Positions 24,901 to 34,411 of a stretch of DNA of 64,000 nucleotides are shown here, in pieces. The stretch covers positions 310,001 through 374,000 of the forward strand of contig NIVC01000035.1 of the NCBI GenBank assembly GCA_002269645.1, written 5' to 3'. Source of the stretch: Macrostomum lignano (taxonomy: Eukaryota). The translations under genes and the position numbers were made by a program. Under the pieces are notes generated by a model that worked only from the letters and a program-made list of their open reading frames with translations, was not told the DNA's origin and searched no databases. Each line of letters starts with the position of its first letter. Position 1 is the first letter of the stretch.

Positions 24901-27900
24901 AGAGCCATCCGTCAATCTTCAGTCATTGTGAGTCATACTAGATGCAGTTTCACATGGCTACAATACTTACTTCTACTTGGAAGTAAATCGAGGGTTTAGT
25001 GTTTAGGTTCATGCTGAAGGTACTCCGAACTTCAGGGGTTGGTCTATAACCGATATGTGGTTCTCAGAGGTCAAGTCCCTAAGTTTCAGGGCTCAGAGCC
25101 TAGGCTTACCGGAGGTCAAGTCCCTAAGTTTCATGACTCAGAGCCTAGGCTTACCGGAGGTCAAGTCCCTAAGTTTCAGGGCTCAGAGCCTAGGCTTACC
25201 AGAGGTCAAGTCCCTAAGTTTCAGGGCTCAGAGCCTAGGCTTACCAGAGGTCAAGTCCCTAAGTTTCAGGGCTCAGAGCCTAGGCTTACCAGAGGTCAAG
25301 TCCCTAAGTTTCAGGGCTCAGAGCCTAGGCTTACCAGAGGTCAAGTCCCTAAGGTTCAGGGCTCAGAGCCTAGGCTTACCAGAGGTCAAGTCCCTAAGGT
25401 TCAGGGCTCAGAGCCTAGGCTTACCAGAGGTCAAGTCCCTAAGTTTCAGAGCTCAGAGCCTAGGCTTACCAGAGGTCAAGTCCCTAAGTTTCAGGGCACA
25501 GAGCCTAGGCTTACCAGAGGTCAAGTCCCTAAGTTTCAGGGCTCAGAGCCTAGGCTTACCAGAGGTCAAGTCCCTAAGGTTCAGGGCTCAGAGCCTAGGC
25601 TTACCAGAGGTCAAGTCCCTAAGGTTCAGGGCTCAGAGCCTAGGCTTACCAGAGGTCAAGTCCCTAAGTTTCAGAGCTCAGAGCCTAGGCTTACCAGAGG
25701 TCAAGTCCCTAAGTTTCAGGGCACAGAGCCTAGGCTTACCAGAGGTCAAGTCCCTAAGTTTCAGGACTCAGAGCCTAGGCTTACCAGAGGTCGAGTCCCT
25801 AAGTTTCAGGACTCAGCCTCCTACCCTCAGGTCATCATACTTCACAATAAGCAACCCTAAGGCCACTAGGCTTCTCGGAGGACATTATTCCCTTGATTGA
25901 GTTCGAGTTCTATCCACTAATCACCTCAATTTGCACTATTGATTAGGGATTTGGCCGGGTGCCTCTGCGCTGATGACTTTAACTCGCTTTTTAGCTCGTA
26001 GTCTCTTGGCAAGAAGAAAATCAGTCGCAAGATGCAAATCAAGTGCAGAATCTTCTATCATGCTGATCTAGATTTGAGTGGGCGATAAAATGGCGGAAGG
26101 CAGCCGTAAGAACTGCGAGAAACAGAGTCGGGAGAGGGTGAGGGAGAGAGAGTGAGAGAGAGAGGGTGAGAGAGGGTAAGGGAGAGAGGGTAAGGGAGAG
26201 AGGGTAAGGGAGAGAGGGTAAGGGAGAGAGGGTAAGGGAGAGAGGGTAAGGGAGAGAGGGTAAGGGAGAGAGGGTAAGGGAGAGAGGGTGAGGGAGAGAG
26301 GGTGAGGAAGAGAGGGGGACAGAAAGGGTGAGGGAGATAAGGTGAGGGATAGAGGGGAGAGAGTGGGGAGAGAGAGGATGAGGGAGGGAGGGAAGAGAGA
26401 GGGGAGAGAGGGTGAGGGAGAGAGGGGAGAGAGCGGGTGAGGGAGAGAGGGGAGAGGTGAGGAAGGAAAGTAGAGAAGATATCACAGAGCCAGGTGCAGT
26501 TTCTGTCAGCGTCAGCAAAGCACCAGAGTGACCTAGTCAGCTGGTCGCAATCAAGCCTAATTTGATAAATGTTCGCGAATAATCACGCCAGCCAAGTGCG
26601 AGCTCGGCCAGGACCTCTCTCCAACTCCAAGCCCTTCCTGTAGAGCCAGTGAGTGACTCATATGGGGATCGAGCCTGCCCTAAATTCTGTCCCTGCCTCA
26701 GCTCCCCAAGCGCCTTCCCTCGCCTTTTAGCACCAGCCAATACGGCGGGAGAATCAAATCCCCAAACCCATTTATAGTCAGTTCCCCTACCTAGCAGTGC
26801 TAACACGGATCCCACATGGCTAGCAAAGTCAGCCTGTTAAATCGGTAGCAATCTGGTCGAATTAATTAACAGCTGACAGCAGATTAGAGTCACCAAAAGT
26901 AATGTCAAATCCGCCCAAAGCTGACAGTGGCGGAAACCGTGTCAGAGCGGTCCTGTCAGACATGCGTGAGTTCCGATCTTGATTCCTGTTTTAGCCTGGA
27001 TTAGCCGTGTCGATAATCTCTGCTCGACCCCACCGGATACCCTTCTCGAACGGGGACAGCTTTCAATCAACCTCGCCGTGCAAAGAGGCTGACTTGATTT
27101 GCGTTTTGTTTGTTTAAACTGATTTTTGACGCTTTTTCTGAACTAGGTCATTTCTAGGAAATAGGAAGGAAATTTTATAGTTGAACAGTGCAATGTTTTT
27201 GCAAGTTTTTGTAAGAAGTTGATTGGGTAGATATTGGGCAGGGTAGACAGGTAGAATAGGTAGGCAGGAAGATTGGTTAGACAGGTAGGTTGGGTAGACT
27301 GGTGGATTGGGTAGACACGTAGATTGTGTAGACAGGTAGATTGGGTAGACAGGTAGATTGGTTAGACAGGTAGATTGGGTAGACAGGTAGATTGAGTAGA
27401 CAGGTAGATTGGGTAGACAGGTAGATTCAGTAGACAGGTAGATTGGGTAGACATAGATTGGGTGGACAAGTAGATTGGATAGACAGGAAGATTGGGTAGA
27501 TGAGTAGATTGGGTAGACAGGTAGATTGGGTAGACAGGTAGGTTGGGTAGACAGGTAGATTGGGTAGAAGGGTAGATTGGGTAGACAGGTAGGTTGGGTA
27601 GAAGGGTAGATTGGGTAGACAGGTAGATTGGTAGACAGGTAGATTGGGTAGACAGGTAGATTGGGTAGACAGGTAGATTGGGTAGACAGGTAGATTGGGT
27701 AGACAGGTAGATTGGGTAGACAGGTAGATTGGGTAGACAGGTAGATTGGGTAGACAGGTAGATTGGGTAGACAGGTAGATTGGGTAGACAGGTAGATTGG
27801 GTAGACAGGTAGATTGGGTAGATGATTATATTGGGTAGATGATTAGATTGGGTAGACAGGTAGATTGGGTAGAAAGATAGATTGGGTAGACAGGTAGATT

Positions 27901-30900
27901 GGGTAGACAGGTACATGTAATTGGGTAGACAGGTAGATTGGTAGACAGGTAGATTGGGTAGACAAGTAGATAGGGTAGTCAATGAGAAGTGTCTACCCCG
28001 CAGCCTCCCCACTGAATTGCAGTGTCGGGCTTCCCGGAGGTGAGCTCGCTCACCATCATCATAGTGGCTGCGTTCTGCACGCTGCTCATCATCTGCCTGG
28101 TGGCCATCCTGGTCTTCTTCTGCTGCCGGAACCGCCCGCTAGCCAGCAAGGAGGCCGCGTCTTCCGGCGATGCCGCAACATCGGCTGCGAGAGCCAGCGA
28201 GCTGGACAGCCCCCCGGCCAGACGGGACAGCAGGCTGTGAGCTGCTACCCAATCTACCTGTCTACCCGATCTACCTGTCCACCCAATCTATGTCTACCCA
28301 ATCTACCTGTCTACCAAATCTACCTGTCTACCCAATCTACCTGTCCACCCAATCTATGTCTACCCAATCTACCTGTCTACCAAATCTACCTGTCTACCCA
28401 ATCTACCTGTCTACCCAATCTACCTGTCTACACAATCTACCTGTCTACCCAATCTACCTGCCTACATAATCTACATGCTCACCCAATTTACCTGTTTACC
28501 AAATCTACCTGTCTACCCAGTATACCTGTCTACCCAGTATACCTGTCTACCCAGTATACCTGTCTACCCAGTATACCTGTCTACCCAGTATACCTGTCTA
28601 CCCAGTATACCTGTCTACCCAGTATACCTGTCTACCCAGTATACCTGTCTACCCAGTATACCTGTCTACCCAGTATACCTGTCTACCCAGTATACCTGTC
28701 TACCCAGTACACCTGTCTACCCAGTATACCTGTCTACCCAGTATACCTGTCTACCCAAACTACCTGGACACAATCTACCTGAAATGAATCTGAAAACTGC
28801 CACTCCACCCAGCTCGGCTCCTTCCCATCACCTCACCCGCAGGCGCCGGCACCCGGAGCCGGACCTCATGGCCTCCACCTACAAGTCCTTCAGCTCCGGC
28901 AAGCCCTACGCCATGGTCTCCCCCCACCCCAGCCTGACCAGCACAGACGAGACCTCCATTGACCAGACCAACAAGGTGTTCAGCACTCTGCTCAGCGCGA
29001 ATCATCCCATTGTTGGGAATAACAGTAAGTGACCTCTGCGCTTAGTGAGCTGGATGGAGTGCAGAGGCTGGAATTAGATCCCTGAATGGCAAAAGGGGGC
29101 GGAAGAGAAGGGGTGGAGGAGAGGGGGTGGACGAGAGGGGTGGAAGAGAGGGGGTGGAAGAGAGGGGGCGGAAGAGAGGGGTGGAAGAGAGGGGCGGAGG
29201 AGAGGGGGCAAGAGAAAGGGGCAGAAGAGAGGGGGAAAAGAGGGGCGGAAGAGAGGGGCGGAAGAGAGGGGCGGAAAAGAGGGAGGGGCGGAAGAGAGGG
29301 CGGAGGAGAGGGGCAGAAGAGAGGGGAAGAGAGGGGCGGAAGAGAGGGGGCGGAAGAGAGGGGCGGAAGAGAGGGGGCGGAAGAGAGGGGCGGAAAAGAG
29401 GGGCGGAAGAGAGGGGCGGAGGAGAGGGGCAAGAGAGGGGGAGAAGAGAGGGGGAAGAGAGGGGGCGGAAGAGAGGGTAGGAGGGGCCTATCACCAGCCT
29501 CCAGAAGAGACACCAGTCAGCTTCTAACCTCAGTTCAAGAACAGTCTGCACTGTTTCGTCCGCACTTATCCCACAAACATCAGCAACTTATAACACGTAC
29601 TTGATTAGCAAAGTTCAGTGCTTCAGACTCCACAATAAAGTTGATAAATTCGTTAATTGAATCAATTTATTCTGTCGGGCCAAGTTCGCCTGCCCTGAGC
29701 CAGGGTGGGGTGGCCCACACAAAGGCTGATTGATTGGCTGTGGATGTCCCGGCTCCCGGCTCATTCAAGAGGAATAGGCCCGGATTAGGATTAAGCTATA
29801 GTGATGGCTAAGGATACTAGCATATCATTATTAGGCAGCGTTCAACTTGAATTTTTATATATTCGGTAACGCCAAGCCTGAGCATGCCATCAGAGCCAGT
29901 TCAGGTTCATCTGAGGTCACTTTGTCAATCCTAAATCTGAATACGACTTGATTTTATAACCCAATGTAACGGAAAGCATAGTTATGTACAAACTTAACTA
30001 CTGAGCTGAAGTCTAGTCAGTAGAAATATAGGAATTTTATAAGCTTTTTTTCGGCAAAATCTGATTACAGGCTCCCTGGCATCAGATTGCATTGAAATGG
30101 AGCTGTGCGATTGTCGTAATTATGGTCTGTGAACCCCTGAAATTAACCAATTAATCAGGGATAATCTCACCTGTAACTGGCCTCTCAATTAATTCTATCA
30201 CATTGGCAGCCTGATAGCAGTTTACGGAACTATGTGGGATAAATTTGACTCAAAACCTCACATAGCCTGTTAACCTTCGAAACTTTACTATATAAAAGCT
30301 ATACTACTCATACTGCTGGTCAGTAGTGCGGCGCTAATGCAGATCGTAATTCACAACTCACACTGGTAGTTGTAAATAGCAGCTAGGCAACAAAAATGCT
30401 AATATTTCTGCTTCTACAAGAACTATATCTATAAACCATCAATCCAGACGCATCTAGTCACTCCTGACACCCATTTATAGACACTCCTGACATCCATTTA
30501 TAGACACTCCTGACACCCATTTATAGACACTCCTGACACCCATTTATAGACACTTCTGACACCCATTTATAGACCCTCCTGACACCCATTTATAGACACT
30601 CCTGACACCCATTTATAGACACTCCTGACACCCATTTATAGACACTCCTGACACCCATTTATAGACACTCCTGACACCCATTTATAGACACTCCTGACAC
30701 CCATCCATAGACACTCCTGACACCCATTTATAGACACTCCTGACACCCATCCATAGACACTCCTGACACCCATTTATAGACACTCCTGACACCCATTTAT
30801 AGACACTCCTGACACCCATTTATAGACACTCCTGACACCCATCCATAGACACTCCTGACACCCATTTATAGACACTCCTGACACCCATTTATAGACACTC

Positions 30901-31408
30901 CTGACACCCATTTATAGACACTCCTGACACCCATTTATAGACACTCCTGACACCCATTTATAGACACTCCTGACACCCATTTATAGACACTCCTGACACC
31001 CATTTATAGACACTCCTGACACCCATCCATAGACACTCCTGACACCCATCCATAGACACTCCTGACACCCATTTATAGACACTCCTGACACCCATTTATA
31101 GACACTTCTGACACCCATTTATAGACACTCCTGACAACCATTTATAGACACTTCTGACACCCATTTATAGACACTCCTGACACCCATCTGCAGTCACTCC
31201 TGATGCCCAACAATCGTTCGTAGAGGATTTTTAGACTTGTTTTAACCTTCAATATAAATTTTTGTTACACAATTGCTACAGATAATTAATTCAATGTCGC
31301 TTCCCAATGTCACCCCCGATTGCAGACCTGGAGTCGGGGTCAGACAACAGCGGCACATTCCTGCACCCGGGCCGGCAAAGAAAAGTCATTTATGAAGTTG
31401 TCGTCTGA
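9619..31408 (+). CDS. ed: Echinoid-like Ig/FN3 single-pass cell adhesion molecule, 5'-partial; join(9619-9978,16804-17130,18952-19080,19183-20056,20629-20765,20990-21892,28023-28236,28843-29024,31326-31408)
   Basis: Nine exons with AG/GT boundaries and compatible phases; 3209 nt plus 1 upstream nt gives 1070 codons ending in TGA at 31406-31408. Translation shows 7 Ig domains (C...W...DxGxYxC), an FN3 domain (GPPDPPTNL..VSLSWQPGFDGG..LLPATNYSVVVFARNQLG), a TM helix and C-terminal RKVIYEVVV. This architecture and tail resemble Drosophila Echinoid (C-terminal EIIV). Orthology is inferred, not searched. Confidence 0.85.
11348..11905. repeat. 14-bp minisatellite (GACAGATAGAAAGT)
   Basis: Direct reading. 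Confidence 0.93.
12650..13545. repeat. 20-21-bp purine-rich minisatellite (GAGGAGTGACAAGGAGGAGT)
   Basis: Direct reading. Confidence 0.93.
14182..14600 (+). mobile_element. tRNA-derived SINE, copy 1
   Basis: A-box-like TAGCCTGGTGG and B-box-like GTGTTCGTTTC; body collinear with 55350-55620 (CACCCAGCTGT.AAATG, CCCCAGT.CTTGGACTGA, GCTGAGCTGTC.GTT.CACATCTG, GGCAGGTGT.ATCAAT.GTGA). Confidence 0.75.
14889..15675. repeat. GA-rich (GAGAG/GAGAGAG) array
   Basis: Direct reading. Confidence 0.95.
16804..17130 (+). CDS. Echinoid-like exon: Ig2
   Basis: atcgcag|CA ... CTC T|gtgagt, phase 1-1; EGSRLNLTCQSVGGNPPPQISW..IVCHTAHP. Confidence 0.9.
17185..18885. repeat. 21-bp minisatellite (GACTTGAGTAGGTTTGCGGTA) with 24-bp variants
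   Basis: Direct reading; fills intron 17131-18951; degenerate at the 5' edge. Confidence 0.97.
18952..19080 (+). CDS. Echinoid-like exon: first half of Ig3
   Basis: ccgcag|AC ... TCA G|gtaaaa; YAPKLP..SVGINCTADANPVAKLTL. Confidence 0.85.
19183..20056 (+). CDS. Echinoid-like exon: end of Ig3, Ig4, Ig5, start of Ig6
   Basis: ggcag|AG after a 102-nt intron; ends CT|gtgagt (phase 2); GVYSCLASN, DAGEWTCEAQN, DSGEYACVAEN. Confidence 0.92.
20068..20520. repeat. ~40-bp minisatellite (AGAAGTGCCACTGGCCAATCAGACACCAAATAGGGGTAG)
   Basis: About 11 units filling intron 20057-20628. Confidence 0.95.
20629..20765 (+). CDS. Echinoid-like exon: second half of Ig6 (not in the ORF track)
   Basis: caccag|C ... 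GAG T|gtaagt, phase 2-1; FVTRSTLRF..KDNGAYGCSAQNSHGKITRTFNLVVE. Confidence 0.9.
20990..21892 (+). CDS. Echinoid-like exon: Ig7, FN3 and a degenerate membrane-proximal region
   Basis: ttcag|TT ... AAT A|gtgagt; ISLECEILAQPKPKVTW..GRFTCVARN; FN3 motif; poly-Q run. Confidence 0.92.
22154..22784 (+). mobile_element. Internally deleted Tc1/mariner (IS630-type) DNA transposon, non-autonomous
   Basis: ~82-bp imperfect TIRs (22154-22235 and 22698-22780), each with a duplicated TTTGGTCCA motif. They enclose a transposase N-terminal HTH remnant (LVIEALDRDEHPKDIARLLNVKENMVYSIHQRVETTGG..GGNRQGKL..AVKTNPLLTL*). No DDE domain; TA follows the right end at 22785. Confidence 0.8.
23825..24520. repeat. (ACTGCTCTC)n 9-mer (23825-23960) followed by a CT-rich array (24015-24520)
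   Basis: Direct reading. Confidence 0.93.
25066..25815. repeat. 45-bp minisatellite (AGAGGTCAAGTCCCTAAGTTTCAGGGCTCAGAGCCTAGGCTTACC), ~17 units
   Basis: 15-aa periodicity in two open frames; no spacers between units. Confidence 0.97.
26130..26470. repeat. 14-bp GA-rich array (GGGAGAGAGGGTAA)
   Basis: Direct reading. Confidence 0.9.
27221..27978. repeat. 17-bp minisatellite (ATTGGGTAGACAGGTAG), upstream arm of an inverted pair
   Basis: Direct reading. Confidence 0.96.
28023..28236 (+). CDS. Echinoid-like transmembrane exon
   Basis: ttgcag|TG ... CT|gtgagc, phase 1-2; LTIIIVAAFCTLLIICLVAILVFFCC followed by RNR (stop-transfer, Cys pair). Confidence 0.9.
28245..28780. repeat. 17-bp minisatellite (CTACCTGTCTACCCAAT, later variant ATACCTGTCTACCCAGT), reverse complement of 27221-27978
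   Basis: Direct reading. Confidence 0.96.
28843..29024 (+). CDS. Echinoid-like cytoplasmic exon
   Basis: cacccgcag|G ... AAC A|gtaagt, phase 2-1; an in-frame alternative acceptor at 28812/28813 is possible. Confidence 0.8.
29092..29482. repeat. 13-15-bp G-rich array (GAGGGGCGGAAGA)
   Basis: Direct reading. Confidence 0.9.
30457..31205. repeat. 23-bp minisatellite (GACACTCCTGACACCCATTTATA)
   Basis: Direct reading; about 31 units. Confidence 0.97.
31326..31408 (+). CDS. Echinoid-like terminal exon with a PDZ-binding-type C-terminus (YEVVV*)
   Basis: ttgcag|AC CTG GAG...GTC GTC TGA; phase matches the donor at 29025; LESGSDNSGTFLHPGRQRKVIYEVVV*. Confidence 0.88.
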
Positions 31409-32127
31409 TGCCGCGAACAAATCGCCGCATATATGTACGATAGTGTATACATACTACTCACGACGCCATTGACGACGGTAGTATAATTTCTGGAGCGCAC
31501 ATTTTGAAAAATAATTTTCGGGTGGCTAAAAATCGCCAAGCATTTGTCTTTCAGGTTTCTCCGCATGTACTGGATTGTCACAATTCATCTGCTAACTGTA
31601 TTTGATTGATTTTTAAAACTCAAATTCTCCTACTTATGAGTAGAGTCTATAGCGCGAAATGCAATTTTATTCGAAGCTGTATCTTTTGCGTAGCTCATAA
31701 TTTTGCGAGTCAGCGATTAAATTGGGCTAAATTTCATTCACCCCGCCATGCTCATATATCTGCTCACTCGCACAATCTAGTCAGAAAATGTTACACCATG
31801 CCATTTTAACAAAGTAGCAATATTAACAAAGTTATATTTGTGAAGCGTAGATTGTACAGAGAGATCAATTTGCTTATCTGTAATTATAATTATTAGTTAT
31901 CTTATCAGTGTTCTGATGATCTTATTAATTTATTTATCACTGCTCTGTTTGATCAACTGGGTAGCCAATTATAACAAATCAAATGCCGTCTCAAAGTTAA
32001 GTTAACCTCAAGCCTGCCAAGTTTTGTATTGTAAAACTTTCTGTATTAATTCTCTAGTATAATTGTTAATAATTCGCTGTTGGAAATTTCCCATTGCAAT
32101 ATATGTAAATATGTATTTTTACCTTCG

Positions 32128-32133
32128 AATAAA
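32128..32133 (+). terminator. Candidate polyadenylation signal of the Echinoid-like gene
   Basis: AATAAA about 720 nt after the stop in an AT-rich UTR, followed by U-rich sequence. Confidence 0.45.
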
Positions 32134-32467
32134 TTTGTTATACGCGTGTAGCTAAAATGTTTTGTACTTTTATGATAAGGTAAGAAACTCGAACCTCTAC
32201 TTGTCTGGAAAAAAAAGTTCTAACAAATAAAAAACTGGATCACTGATTTTGTACAGCTTCTGAGTCTATTTAAAAGTATTATAGAAAATCTGTTTTAATT
32301 TTTTTTTCTACACGGGAGAAAGCATTACTACGAGCTAGAAAAAAACTCGTTTTTGCTACTTAAAGTAGCATGATTTCCGATGAACTACTAAAAATAGTAA
32401 TTTGTTTCGAAGCTATTTTTAAAATCTAAATTCCCAGTTATACTCAATGGTCGATTTGAATCAAAAT

Positions 32468-34411
32468 TCAATAGGACGAATGGATGAAGCGGTCGCGACC
32501 TCGGTTGAACTCTACAACGCCGCGCCGGCAGATGGTGATGTTGCCCAGACTCCTGTCGTGATAGAAGACGCGCGAGGCGGCAAATCCCTGGGCTGGCGTC
32601 ATGCTGGCGTTCCAGGCTGGCAGGATTCGAGCCTGGGCGTGCTCGCAGCACAGGGTGTGCGCCTTCAGCGCCTGCGGCTCCGCGTAGGCACGGTGGCAGG
32701 CCGGGGCGCCGGGACAGGCAAAGCGGTACGTCTCCATGGCAACTAGAAAAATATATGAAAATTATAGGAATAGGGATAAGGCGAACCCAACGACATTTTG
32801 GGCTTAAAATATCCAAAAAAAATTAAACAGAAACAGGAGACCAGCTTTAGGGACGACTTTATCGACTCAAGCTTTTATCAGTTGCCCCCGGCTGTGTCTA
32901 ACAGGTGCCCCCCCGGCGGTGTCTAACAGGTGCCCCCCGGCTGTGTCTAACAGGTGCCCCCCCTGCTGTGTCTAACAGCTGCCCCCCCGGCTGTGTCTAA
33001 CAGCTGCCCCCCCCGGCTGTGTCTAACAGGTGCCCCCCGGCTGTGTCTAACAGGTGCCCCCGGCTGTGTCTAACAGGTGCCCCCCGGCTGTGTCTAACAG
33101 CTGCCCCCCCGGCTGTGTCTAACAGCTGCCCCCCCCCGGCTGTGTCCAACAGGTGCCCCCCGGCTGTGTCTAACAGGTGCCCCCCGGCTGTGTCTAACAG
33201 GTGCCCCCCGGCTGTGTCTAACAGGTGCCCCACGCTGTGTCTAACAGGTGCCCCCCGGCTGTGTCTAACAGGTGCCCGCCGGCTGTGTCTAACAGGTGCC
33301 CCCCCGGTGGTATCTAACAGGTGCCCCCCGGCTGTGTCTAACAGGTGCCCCCCCGGCTGTGTCTAACAGCTGCCCCCCGGCTGTGTCTAACAGCTGCCCC
33401 CCCGGCTGTGTCTAACAGGTGCCCCCGGCTGTGTCTAACAGGTGCCCCCGGCTGTGTCTAACAGGTGCCCCCGGCTGTGTCTAACAGCTGCCCCCCCGGC
33501 TGTGTCTAACAGCTGCCCCCCCGGCTGTGTCCAACAGGTGCCCCCCGGCTGTGTCTAACAGGTGCCCCCCGGCTGTGTCTAACAGGTGCCCCCGGCTGTG
33601 TCTAACAGGTGCCCCACGCTGTGTCTAACAGGTGCCCCCCGGCTGTGTCTAACAGGTGCCCGCCGGCTGTGTCTAACAGGTGCCCCCGGCTGTGTCTAAC
33701 AGGTGCCCCCGGCTGTGTCTAACAGGTGCCCCCGGCTGTGTCTAACAGGTTCCCCAATTGTGTCTAACAGTTACCTCTCAGCTGACGTGTCTAAAAGGTG
33801 CCCCCAGTTGTGTATAACAGTTGCCCCGGCTATGTCTAACAGGTTCCCCAATTGTGTCTAACAGGTACCTCCCAGCTGTGTCTAACAGGTGCCCCGGCTG
33901 CAGTCTCTAACATGTACAGTTGCCCCGGCTGTGGCTAAACAGGTGCCCCAGTTGTGTCTAACAGGTGCCAACTAACTGCCTAACAGATACGCCAGCTGTG
34001 TTTAACAGATGTTCAGGCTACAATTGTCTAACACAAAAAAGCTCAAAAAACGGTGGCAAAAGCTGCCACTAATCGATATCTCAAAGCACAATTGACAACC
34101 AATAACTTACACTTCTCGGCAGCAAAGTCTACTTCTAACACACTCGATTCGCTTGAGAAGACACTGTTAGATAAGCTTAAAACCTGCTCTTAGATACAGG
34201 CCACAAGTAGGAAGAGCTGCGTTGCTAAGAATGTGTATGGCCTTCGAATAGAGCTCAGAGAGAGCGGGTTGGTGCACACAATTGCAAACCTTTTTTGGCC
34301 ACTTTGCGGTGTACATGTACTCACAATTTGATAGCGTATTGTGGTCAAGGGACTCAAGACAGCAACTAAATGTACATTTTTATGCACAGCGAATTTTGTC
34401 TCATTATGCAT
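32468..34411 (-). CDS. Uncharacterised ~144-aa protein with a C2H2-like Cys/His motif; join(34411-34325,34183-34111,32742-32468)
   Basis: The last exon is GC-rich and has a strong acceptor (ttttctag|TT GCC ATG). Upstream exons have gtaagt/gtgagt donors in matching phases; total 435 nt. Motif YRFACPGAPACHRAYAEPQALKAHTLCCEH. The last exon is well supported; the first exon is tentative. Confidence 0.55.
32881..34010. repeat. 23-27-bp minisatellite (CCCCGGCTGTGTCTAACAGGTGC, variable C-run)
   Basis: Direct reading; fills intron 32743-34110. Confidence 0.96.

Noticed and set aside
25066-25815. CRISPR-like appearance of 28-45-bp repeats (also 20068, 45250, 56135, 57950)
   Set aside because: Units are head-to-tail with no unique spacers, there are no cas genes, and the context is eukaryotic introns
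16310-26660. Several AP-1 sites (TGASTCA at 16313, 16508, 24929, 25134, 26654)
   Set aside because: A 7-mer is expected roughly once per 8 kb; the excess is too small to support enhancers
27221-27978. Repeated CAG|GT as recursive (ratchet) splice sites (also 9294-9490)
   Set aside because: No polypyrimidine tract upstream of the AG and weak regenerated donors
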